Source: the human T2T-CHM13v2.0 reference genome, Homo sapiens. From it: a stretch of DNA of 64,000 bases. Shown in pieces: positions 48,711 to 64,000 of this stretch. Under the pieces are notes generated by a model. The model worked only from the letters and a program-made list of their open reading frames with translations. It was not told the origin of the DNA and made no database searches. The position numbers and the translations under genes were made by a program. The stretch lies in NCBI RefSeq assembly GCF_009914755.1, contig NC_060928.1. One strand, 5' to 3'. Every line of letters begins with the position of its first letter. Position 1 is the first letter of the stretch.

Positions 48711-51700
48711 CGAAGACCCAGACCTCCACCCACCCAGAGTAGGTGCGCCCAAGAACTAGTACATGCTTGTTACCTCCACACTTTGGCATCTCTGTGAAGT
48801 CCACCTGGAGACCTTCAAAGGGGGCTGCTCCATAAGCTCGTATGCCGGGCGGAATGGCTGGACCTTGCCTCGCATCATGCTGTCGGCAGGTAACACACCG
48901 CTGCCTCACCGTTTTGGCAAGAGCTGACAAAGGCGAGATGTACAAATACCAGCCTAACAACTTTTCCAGTGACTCCTGACCTCGATGGGTGGTTTCTTGC
49001 ACAGCCAGTACAACTGCAGCTCCTAGCAGCTGTGGCGCAGCTACTCTCCCATCTGGTAACCGAATCCATCCTTCCTCCATCACTTGTCCTTCCCTCTACC
49101 TGGAGAAAGTCCTTCTCTTCTTTAGAAGAAGTAGGTCCGAGATCAGGTGCTTGAGGGAGCACTGATGCCCAGAAGGGGGCAGATGCTGCTTTTCGAGCCT
49201 CTGAGCCAGCGCGGGAATTCCCCAAACCCAGCAAGGTGGAAGCTCGCTGTTGTCCCCTGCAATGCATAACTGCCACCTTGTGGGGTTTCCACACTGCTTC
49301 TAATCATTGCAAGATTTCTTGTTGATATTTTCTGTCTTTTTCCCCAGAGTTCAATAGGCCCTTTTCTTTCTATCACACTCCATGCACTTGAAAGGTTCAA
49401 AAGACATACGGAGAATCAGTGTAAATGTTGACAGTCTCACCCTCACTGAGTTCTAAGGCCCGAATGAAAGCAATGAGGTCAGCTTTCTGGGCTGAAGTGG
49501 CCTGGGGCAATGATCTGGCTTCAACAACAGTGTCCAGGGTTGTCACTGCATACCCTGCACCTCTCTCTCCTTGGGGGTTGAAGAAGCTGCTCCCATCCAC
49601 GTATAGTTCCCAGTCTATGATGCCCAAGGCTGGCGCCGGAGGTCAGGTCTGCTAGAGTCAATGGAGTCCAACACTTCTACACCGTCAGGCTCGACACGGC
49701 TCTCTGATACTCGGAGCAAGGTGGCGGGGTGTAGGGTGTTACAAACTTCAATGGTTATACGGGGATTTTCACAGAGCAAAGTTGGGTCCTTGGTGAGTCT
49801 GGCATTCGTTAGCCAATGATGTCCTTTAGTATTCATTAAAGTCACCACAGCACGGGAGGCCTTCATGCTCAGGTTTTGCCCAAGAGTCAGCTTATTTGCT
49901 TCTTGTACTATCAGGGCAGTTGCTGCCAAGGCCGTCAAACAGGGGGACCATCCTTCAGAAACCCCATCTAGTTGTTTAGAGAGGTAGGCCACCGGCCTCG
50001 GCCAGGGCCCCACAGTTTGGGTTCAAAGTCCAGCTGCCATCTTTTCTCTCTCTGATGCATACAATGGAAAAGGCTTTGTCAGATCGGATAGCCCCAGGGC
50101 TGGGGCTGCAGAAGTTTTTCCTTTAACTCATGAAAGACTTGCTGTTGTTGGGATCTGCATTCCAAAGGTTCCCAGTCCCCGCCTCCTTTGTGACCTCATA
50201 CAAAGTCTTGGCTAATACTGCAAAGTTTGGGATCTGCAGTCTACAAAACCCCACAGCTCCTAAGAATTCTCTCACCTGCCTTCTGCTCTTAGGCTCCGCT
50301 AGATTGCAAATGACCTGCTTTCTTTCCGATCCCGGGCTGCGTTCCGACCCCTGTCCGATAGTAAATCCCAAGTAACGTACCTGCTGTGGGCAGATCTGGG
50401 CTTTCTTCGTGGACATCTTCTACCCACAGTCCTCCAGGTGCCAGTGTAGGGCATCTGTTCCCTTGGCACACCCGACTGCCGTGGGGTGTCCCAGCAGAAG
50501 GTCATCAACCTACTGGAGCAACACGCAGCCTAGGTCTCTGCTGGGAAACTTCTGGAGGTCTCGAGCCAACGCCTCCCCGAAGATGGTGGGGGAGTAGTTG
50601 AACCCTTGGGGAAGCTTGGTCCAAGTGTACTGAGTAGTGATACATGACTCCGGATCTTCCCACTGAAAGACAAACAGCTTCTGCCTCTCAGGGGCTACTC
50701 TGAGAGGAAAGAAAGCATCTTTCAGGTCCAAGCAGGTGAACCCGCTGTCCTCAGCTGGCAGCAACCCCAGCAATGTGGACGGGTTAGGTAGTGTTGGATG
50801 GAAAGTCAGTGTAGCTTGATGAAGCAAGCGCAAATCCTGTACCGGCCGGTAGTCCTCGGTCCGTGGCTTGGGAACAGGCACGAGGGGAGTGTTCCATGGA
50901 GACCGACAAGGAACAATAATTCCAAAAGTTCTTAGGTGCTTGAGACGGACCTGGATACCTTGAAGGGTTTCTGTGGGGACCGGGTCCTGTTTTTGCCTCA
51001 CCGGCTGGGCCCCAGTCTTAACTGGCCAATCCCGGAGGGTTGTCTTCTGCCCGTACTCTTGGCCACCGCTTAGCCAGAGCTGGTCTTCTCTCTTGGCCCG
51101 GCTTAGTTCACAACAGTCTCCATTCGTCCTCTCGGGGACCATAAGGGTCATAATGACTCCCGTTCCGGGTAACTTGAGTAGCAAAGAGCCATGCTCTGTC
51201 AAAGAGATAGTGGCTCTCAGCTTGTTGAGCAAGTCCCTTCCCAAAAAGGTCAAGGGACAGTCAGGCATGTACCAAAACTGATGAATGACTTTATGTCCTC
51301 CTACAGGACAAGTCCGGGACAAGCAGAAAGCTTGCTTTGCTGAAACCCCCGTGGCTCCGATGACGTCAATAGTCTTTTTGGATAAGGGGGCGACCGAGGC
51401 GTTTACTAGCGAATGTTCAGCACCGCTATCTACAAGAAAGTCAATGTTTCCACCCCCGACTGTCATTCTGACCAGAGGCTCTTTGGGGACGCTTGAGCCC
51501 GGTCTCCCTCAGTCCAAGAACCCTTCTGCCAGGTTGAGCAGGGCCCCTTCCTCCTTGTCCGGGGCCTCCTGCTCTGAGTCACCTTGTTTTCTTTTGAGCT
51601 CAGGGCATTTGTTCTTCCACTGTCCTATTTCTTTACAATAAGCACACTGGGTACGCTGCAAACTCTGACAGCCAAGCTGAGTTTCCTTCCCATGGCCCCC

Positions 51701-52560
51701 CTTCCCTTGCCTCTTTGGGGGGACCCCTCTGATTGCCGCAGCTGACAAACAGGGCGGCTTGTCGCCGGGCCTGTCCTCCATTCTCTTTGCCATTTTCCTT
51801 AGGGCTTACTGCATCCCTGTTTACAAACACCTGGCTAGCTATTTCTAGTAATTGGGATGGATTCATCCCTGCAAGCCCAGCCTGTTTCTGCAGTTTTCTT
51901 CTCATGTCTTCTGCGCTTTGACAGACTAAAGCCATGGGAATCATGAGCTGATTTCAGGGCTATCGAGATCAAAGGGAGTATACATATGATAAGCCTCACA
52001 CAGTCTCTCGTAGAATTGGGCTGGACTTTCTTTTTTTCCCTGAATGACCTCAGAGAGCTTGTTAATGTTTGTGGCCTTCCGAGCTTCCCTCATGAATCCT
52101 TCCAAGAGAGCTTCCCTGTCTCGGTTTAGCCTGTGCATATCCTCTCTTTCATGTGGGTCCAAATGGGGGTCGGTTCCTGGGGACTGGGTCCTTCCATACT
52201 CTTGGGGGTTTTGATAATCAGCTGGAGCATGTTCCTCTAGCCACTTAGTTGCTGCTTGGAGGACTCTCCGCCTGTCTTCGCTGTTAAAGAGGAACATGAG
52301 CAACTGGTGCCAATCAGCCCAGGTGGGCTTGTGGGTCTGGATAACAGTTTGGAGCAAATCAAGTAGGGCTTGTGGCTTTTCGGTAGAGGGTGGTGTAGTG
52401 TTTTTCCAGTAGATAAGGTCGACGCAGGTGAAGGGCTGGTACCCAAAAACACGCCTCTCCACCACGTGACCATCCTCATCTATCGCAGTATACCCCTGCT
52501 CTCTCAGGGGCATTTGTGTCCCCGTTTTGTGTCGCAAACGAGCTGCCGAGGGAGGGGTGG
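48711..52560 (-). mobile_element. Class I (gammaretrovirus-like, HERV-E/HERV-3-related) ERV internal fragment: disabled gag-pro-pol, no LTR or env
   Basis: Capsid MHR VIQGKKESPAQFYERLCEAY; zinc knuckle CAYCKEIGQWKNKC (H to Q); protease FLVDSGA..LGRDLL; RT LDLKDAFF, LPQGF, and YVDD mutated to *VDD at 50510; RNase H LYVDGSS..SAQKAD..YTDS; integrase CVTC..LQVDFTEMP truncated at 48711; many frameshifts. Confidence 0.92.
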
Positions 52561-52584
52561 AATGGCGCAATGCGACTTACCGCA

Positions 52585-52920
52585 ATTAATAATCTCAATT
52601 ATTAATTGACACTAATAATTATCAATATTAATAACCCATAATATAATTTTTAAAATCAATACCGATAATAATGATAATTAATATTAAACAGTTATACTAA
52701 CGATCACAATAAATGATTAATATTAATGATTAAAGACGCCTGACATTAATAACTGATATTGATCTTATTCATTAGAAAACAGTAATATTAGCCCCTAATA
52801 ATATTAATATTAATAAACAGAAAACTTTTTATTAGCAATTATTTGTTAATATTGATATTAATATCGGTTATTCATATTCATGTTAACAATAAATGAGGAA
52901 TAATTCATACTAATATTACG
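52585..52920. repeat. Extremely AT-rich low-complexity tract
   Basis: aatattaat/taataat variants between the ERV gag end and the right satellite block. Confidence 0.9.
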
Positions 52921-55900
52921 TCCTAATACCTCAGTGGGTGCACACCCACCTGTGATATTGCTCCTCATGTCCAGGGAGGGAGAGAGTATGATATTACGTT
53001 TAATATCGCAGTAGGTGTACACCCAGCCGGTGATATAGATCCGAATATAATCTCCAGGGGGTGGAGTATGACGTTACTCCCAATATAGCACTGGGTGTGC
53101 ATCCTCCCGGTGATTTTGCTCCTAATATTCAAGGAAGAAGAGAATGCTATTACTCCCAACATCGCAGGAAGTGTACACCCCCGTGTGAGATGGTCCTTAA
53201 AAATATTCCAAGGCGGAAGGGGTGATATGACTACATATATGGCAGAAAGTAGACACCCCCAAGGATATTATTCCCATGATTCTGAAGGGAAGAGGATGAT
53301 ATTACTTTCAATATCACAGAAGGTGGACACGCCCCCACTGATATTGTTTCTAAAAGCAACGTGGGAGAGGAGGACATGACACCCGATATCCCAGGGAGTA
53401 GAAAGACCCCTATGATAGTGTTCTTAAAATACAAGGAGGAAGAGGATGATATGACTCCCAATAAAGACGGGTGTACAACCTCTGTACACCAAGGGTGTAC
53501 ACCCGTCTGTGAAACAGTTCATAATCTCCAGAGTGGGAGATGATATTACTCACAATATGACAAACAGGAGGTGAGTCCAGCGCGGATCCTAAGAGCCAGG
53601 GGGGCAAGAGGGGCTGGCTCTTACTCCCCGCATCGCGGGGGGCGCCTCGCCCCCCTGCGATTTAGATCGTAATATCCGGGGAGGAGAGGCGGGTGCTACT
53701 ACTCCCCGCATTGCGGGGGGCGCCCTCACCCCCCTGCGTTGTGGCTCGTAATATCCAATGTCGAGAGGGGGTGATATTACTCCCTTTCTCCTATTATATT
53801 TTCTCTACTGCCACACTTAGTTAACACCGCGGGACATTATTTTCCATATTCTAGGATGGTGTCACTGTTTAAGTCCCAGGGGTTATACACCCTGTGATAT
53901 TATTCGTGGTATTGTTGCGAAACGTGAATCCTTATTTCACATGTCTCTACACACTCTGATATTATTCGCAATGCCCTAGCGGTACGGTAATAATAAGGTC
54001 ACAATGTGTGTACAGCTTGTGCTATTATTCTTCATGTCCTACGGGGAGGTTGATTTTATTGTCACACGGAGTATTTTCCCTTTCGTATGATTCGGAATAT
54101 CCTGGAGGCATGTCACTCCTTATGTCACAGGGTTTGTACACCTTTTCATATTACTCGTATTACCCTTATAAGATGCCACTCCTCATATCAGCGAGGGTGT
54201 ACACTGTATGATGTTATCGTCATGTTCTAGGGAAATGTTACTTTTAATGTCACAGATGTTGCACACCCTGTGAAATTATTCGTTATAATTTTGTGGGATG
54301 TGACTCCTAACGTCACACGGGGTGTACACACAGTGATATTCCGTGTAATCTTCTATAGAAATGTTACTCGTAAATCACAGGTCCTGTACACCCTTTAATA
54401 TTCTTCGTCTTATTCTAGGAAAACGTGACTACTAATGTCACAGGGTGTGTAGACCCTGTCAGAAAATTCATAATATCCCAGTGGGAGTTCACTACTAATT
54501 TCGCAATGCTTGCACACCCTTTGATATTGCTCGTATTATCCTAAAGAGATGTGACTACTGATGTCCCAATGCATGTACATTCTCCGATATTATTCCTTAT
54601 ATCCTCAGGGGATGTGACTTCTAATGACACACGGCGTGTAGTCCCTGTGTTCTATTTCATAATATCCTAGGGCAATTGCACTGTTAATGACACAGGGGTG
54701 TCATTATTATTATGATATTATTCATGATATTGTAGAAGGATGTTACTCCTAACGTCACAGGGGTGTACCCCCTGTGATAGTATTCATAATTTCCCTGGGG
54801 TCTATACTCCTAATGTCACAGAAGATAACACCCTGTGACATTATTTGTAATATTCTGGTGAGATGATTCTCCTTATATCACAGGAGGTGTACACCCTGTG
54901 ATAGCATTCTTACTATTCTAGGGGGATGTCACTCGTAATGTCACATGTGTCTTCCTTCTGTGATATTACTGGAAATATGCTAGCTGGATATTACTTCTAA
55001 TGTCACAATGTGTGTACGCCTTGTGATATTATTAGTAATATTCTGGGGGGATGTTACCCCTAACGTTACAGGGGCGTACACAGTGTGATATTGCTCCCAA
55101 TATTATAGGGGGATGTTACTCCTAATGTCACAGGGGGTGTACAGCCTTCGATATTATTTGTAATCTTATAGAGAGTTATTACTTTAATGATCACAGTGGG
55201 TGTACACACATGGGATACACCCACTGGGATATTATATGTAATATCTTAGGGAGATATAACTCCTAATATCACAGTGGGTGTACCCCATGTGTGTACATCC
55301 TGTGATATTATTTGTAATATCCATGGTAAACATTATTTCTAGTATCCCACAGAGGGTACACCCTGTGATATTTTTCATAATATCATAGGGAGATATTGCT
55401 TCTAATAACACAGTGGCTGTACACCATGTGTGTACACTCTGTGATGTGATAGCTTATACCCTAGGGAGATATTCCTTCTAATATCAGAGTGAGTGTACAC
55501 CTTGTGATATCATTCGTAATCTCCTAGAAAGATGTTGCTGCTAATATCACAGAGGGTGTGCCCCCAGTGACATCATTCGAAATATCCTAGGGAGATGTTA
55601 CTCGTAATGTCACAGGGGTTGTACACCCTGTTATATTATTGTAATATTCTAGGGGGGCGTTGCTTTTAAAGTCACAGGGGTGTAAACCCTGTGATGTTAT
55701 TCGTAATATCCTAGGAAGGGGTTACTCCTAATATCACATGGGTTATACTAGGAAGAGGTTACTCCTAATATCACACTCCTAATATCACACCCTGTGATAG
55801 CATTCGGAATATCCAAAAGTGATGTTTCTTTTAATGTCACATGGGGTGTACACCCTTTGATAATATTCGTAAGATCCCATGGATATATGACTTCAAATAT

Positions 55901-56884
55901 AACATTGGGTGTACACACATGGTGTACACAGGGTGTGTGAACACCTCCTGTGGTATTATCCATAATATCCTAGGAAAATGGGACTCCTAATATGACGGTC
56001 TTTGGACACCCTGTGATGTGATTGGTGATATCCTAAAGAGATGTTACCACTAAGGTCACAATGTCTGTATGCCCCCTGATATTATTCGTTATATCCTCGG
56101 GGGATGTTAGTCCTAATGTCACACGGGGTGTACTCCCTGTGATGTTATTCGTAATATCCTAGGGTGATGTTACTTTCAATGTTACTGGGGGCATATATCA
56201 TGCATATTCAACGCCTGTGATACTATTCCTAATACCCTAGGAGCATGTTCCTCCTAATGTTCACATGGGGTGAACACCATATGTGTACACCTGCTGTGAT
56301 ATTATTTGTAATATCCTAGGGGAGTATTACTCCTGATGGCACAGGAGATGTACACCATGTGTGTCAACCGCCTGTGTCATTATTCATAATATCCTAGGGG
56401 GATGTTCCCTTGAATGGCACAAAGTGTGCACAAAAGGTCACAGAAGGTGTGCACCTTGTGATGTTATCTGCAATACCCTAGAAGGATGTTACTCCTAATA
56501 TGTCACAGGGGTGTACACACTTTGATATTATTTGTAATCTCATAGAGAGTTATGACTTCAAATATCACAGTGGATGTTCACACATAGTGTATACCCTGTG
56601 ATATTATTCGTAATATCCTGGGGAGATGCAACTCCTGATATCACAGTGCGTGTACCCGGTGTGTGTACACCCTTGATATGAGTCGTGATATCCAGGGTAA
56701 ATATGACTCCTCATATCACACAGTGTGCACACCCTGTGATATTTTTCATCCTACTTTAGGGAGATATTGCTTCTAATATCACAGTGGGTGTACCCCATGT
56801 GTGTGTACTCTGTGACAGTATATTCTATATCCTAGGGAGGTATTCTCATAATGTCACAGTGGGTGTTCACCCTGTGATATCATT
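52910..56884. repeat. SATR1/SATR2-like satellite, right block (~75-bp units to ~53780, then ~63-bp units)
   Basis: Same unit motifs and orientation as the left block; CpG-rich variant units at 53580-53780. Confidence 0.85.
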
Positions 56885-56885
56885 C

Positions 56886-57936
56886 TTATGTGACCTTGCT
56901 GCCTTTTTGAACCCACCCTACAAAAGGAATGGAACAGATAAGAAGGTCTTGAGATTAGACCGTGCTGCCGTGCGGCTGCCGCAGGACACTTTTCATATCC
57001 CTGTTTCTCAGGCTGTAGATGAAGGGGTTCAGCATGGGGGTGACCACCGTGTACATCACTGAGGCCACTGCACTCTTTCTCGGGGAAGATGACACATCTG
57101 AACCGAGGTACCCTCCAACGCCTGTTCCACAAAATCAGCAAACAACTGACAGGTGAGACCCACAGGTGGAGAAGGTTTATACTTCCCACCTGATGATGAA
57201 ACCCTCAGAATGGAGGAAACAATTTTACTCCATTGTAAGAGAAAAGGTCCCCGAGATGGGAAGAAAACCAAATACAGCAGCAGGGAAATACATGTTGATG
57301 TTCCTGGTGAAGGTGTCACAACATGCAAGATGGGGGAGTTGAGAAGGTTCCCAGAGGAAATTAGGAATTTCCACATCTTTGAAGCAGGTCATTTGTAAGG
57401 CAATCAAGTTGTGCAGCTGGGAGTCTAAAAGACTGAGAAAAACAAAACAAAACAAAACAAAACAAAACAAAACAAAGACAACAAATCTAGGAAGGCACAG
57501 AATCACGGGCTCAAGATGGCTGAACGATATAGAGGGTGACAGATGGCTACAAACCGGTCATAGGCCATCACACTCAGGAGCATGTCTCTCTTCCATGCCT
57601 CCAAAAATGGCAAAGAGAGACATCTGAGTCAGGCAGCCTGCATAGGAGATGACTCTGCTGTGAGACTGGATGTCCACAATCATCTTGGCGACTGTGGTGG
57701 AGGTGAAACCGATGTCAGGCAAGGGCAGTTTGGAGAGGAAGAAGTACATGGGGGTGTGGAGGTGGGAGTCAGCGCTGACGGCCAGGATGATGAGCAGGTT
57801 CCCCAGCACCGTGACCAGGCGCATGGACAGGAACAGCCCAGTGACGACCGGCTGCAGTTCTGGATCCTCTGAGAGTTCGAGGAAGAGGAATATAGAGACA
57901 TCTGTTAGACTCTGTGGGTCTCTATAGTTTGGACAC
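56886..57936 (-). pseudogene. Olfactory receptor family 7E pseudogene, copy 2
   Basis: [49 protein letters not shown] (read from the DNA at ~57000-57050); several frameshifts and stops; (AAAAC)n expansion at ~57438-57482; acceptor at 57936, terminal TAA at 56886-56888. Confidence 0.93.
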
Positions 57937-58600
57937 CTTTTGCCTGGAAAAGAGGGTTGAAAAATCGGAAACAAGTAAACCAATACCCAGCATTGTGTCT
58001 GCATTTTGGTTATAAGCAATTCACAAGTAATGTTTTCAGATTTCAGAGCAATCCACACTCAGCAATATTTTGTAGTTCTGACAAGCTCAATTGCCTTATA
58101 ATGCTTTCAACATCGATTGCTGTGTTATTCACGTCTTGCTGTACACACCTGCCTTAGAGACACTAGCTTCAAGAACGTTCCAAGAACCAGATCATCATAT
58201 ATAACAAATTGGTAATTGCTGGAAAATACAGCCTATCTTTTCCGAAGAACAAGATGTAATAAAACCATTGTCTTCACTTTAAGAAAAAGGTTATCCTAAT
58301 TAAAGGAAATTAAGAACTCAAATATTTTATTTATTCTACTACATTGATACAAATTCCCTTGATTTAGAACATTTGTAAACGCTGTATAACAGCTGAGACC
58401 ATGCCATCTGGAAATGAAATGAAAGTTGATAGTTCATAAGCAGAGAATAGGTCCTAGTGATTTCATCATTCTGTTTTCGGACTTTTCTCCTTCAAGAGAG
58501 TAATTGCTTACTCAAATCAGTGGGTCTTGTTTTAAAATTCATGGAAGCTCTAACTCCTGTCCTTAGCTTAGGTGGACTTAGAGTTTTCATCAGAAAGTTT

Positions 58601-58900
<300 letters not shown>

Positions 58901-59374
58901 AGAATCAAGTAAGCCAAAGTCACGCTGATGACAGCCAATTTTGATGAAGCAAGGAAGGGTCAATTCAACCATTAACATAGATTTTGACTTTTGCTGTCTC
59001 CTATGTGCCAAGCAAGATATAGGCTCTGGGGAATCAGAAACCAAAGAGACTCACTTGTTCCTCTCACAGTACTCAGTACTTACTGAGAGAAGGACAAAAC
59101 AAAATGTCCTGTCTGGAATGCAGGGAAACCAGAACTTCAGGTCAGGGGATATTTCCGTTGAATTGTGTGGAGTTGAAGTTGAAAATCTTAAGGAATGTAT
59201 CTAAAATTCACTTTGCCTTTACTTTATGTATCCGTCACCTAGAGATCACGCAGCGGGCGCCCACGATCAGCTTAATCAACACTCACTTCCATCGGATCAA
59301 CTGGAAATCAAGTCAGATGAGAGTGCTGAGTCTCAGAGGATGGACATCTCACCCCTTGCCATACAGAGAAGTAG

Positions 59375-63204
<3,830 letters not shown>

Positions 63205-63272
63205 CAAGGACGTGTATATTTTCTATAGACTTTTGATGATAATACTTTGACAGCAAATATATTGTGACTATC

Positions 63273-63303
<31 letters not shown>

Positions 63304-63334
63304 TGTGTGAGAGAGCGAGAAAGAGAGAAAGAGA

Positions 63335-63607
63335 GAGAGTCTCCCTTTTTCACACAGACTGGAGTGCAGTGGCACAATCACAGCATGCTGCGGCCTTAAA
63401 TTTCTGGGCTCAAACAATCCTGTCACCTCAGCCTCCTGAGTAGCTGGGACTACAGGCATGTACTACCATGCCCGGCTAACTTTTTATTATATTTTCTTGT
63501 AGAGATGAGGTCTGACTTTTTTGCCCGGGCTGGTCTTAAACTCCTGGCTGAATGTGATCCTCCTGCCTTGGCCTCCCCAAGTGCTGGGATTACAGCTGTG
63601 AGCCATT
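63335..63607 (-). mobile_element. AluJ-like element with a (TA)n(GA)n microsatellite at its tail (~63270-63340)
   Basis: ggagtgcagtggcacaatcacagc ... gggctcaaacaatcctgtcacctcagcc ... gtgctgggattacag. Confidence 0.85.
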
Positions 63608-63809
63608 GCATCTGGTGTGAAGCTGGGATTGCAGGTGTGGGACATGGCATGTGGTGTGAATATCTCCTGGTAACTACCTTGTACTTTCACTTTCATTAAG
63701 ATGTCTTTCGACCTCATGAAATTATCTGAAAAACAGAGATGAAACACTGTTCTGCTCCATCTTCCCTGCAGGCACTTGGGCCCCATCCTGCTCTCTTGCC
63801 CCCTCTTCT

Positions 63810-63920
63810 AGTGAATGGCCAGATAGGAACTATTGCAGCTTTATGGGCCATGTGGTCTCTGTTGCAAATATAACAGCTCTGCTGTAGTAGTGCAAAAGCA
63901 ACCACAGACCATATGGAAAC
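63810..63920 (+). mobile_element. MER58-like hAT fragment
   Basis: ggccagatagga..gctttatgggccatgtggtctctgttgcaa..ctctgctgtagtagtgcaaaagcaaccacagac. Confidence 0.65.
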
Positions 63921-64000
63921 CATCTTTCCTGCATGGCCTCTGTAATCTTTTAGAAATACCCGTTGGGTCACACCACTGTCTGACTTAAAACATATAGATG

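Noticed and set aside
50510-51466. Functional 318-aa protease/RT gene
   Set aside because: The ORF terminates at the RT catalytic motif (YVDD to *VDD), contains apparently frameshifted segments, and the rest of pol and gag is broken.
46522-56884. CRISPR-like array (palindromic ~30-bp repeats with ~33-45-bp intervals)
   Set aside because: The intervals are homologous to each other rather than unique spacers, there are no cas genes, and the context is primate satellite DNA.

Overview
Primate (Alu-, LTR5A- and OR7E-containing, most likely human or great ape) non-coding genomic DNA in two contrasting halves. Bases 1-~36,700 are largely GC-rich, apparently unique sequence in which I could find no Alu. 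They hold old MaLR/ERV1/ERVL solo LTRs, L1/L2/MIR relics, about ten minisatellites, several transcription-factor motif clusters and an orphan CpG island (~26.6-27.7 kb). Bases ~36,700-64,000 look like an OR7E-type segmental-duplication mosaic. This part has two disabled OR7E olfactory-receptor pseudogenes, a ~3.7-kb Alu-bounded module carrying an HML-2 LTR5A solo LTR that is present twice ~22 kb apart, many Alus and L1 fragments, and a palindromic SATR1/SATR2-like satellite with an LTR-less class I ERV gag-pro-pol fragment nested inside it. I find no intact protein-coding gene, RNA gene or CRISPR array, and no new multi-gene system. The most unusual signals are structural: the palindromic layered satellite, a single 65-bp minisatellite monomer inserted into another repeat, a duplicated segment that captures a minisatellite before and after expansion, and minisatellites that multiply transcription-factor motifs. 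Repeat family names come from recalled consensus sequences, not from a database search; coordinates and identities were counted by eye.
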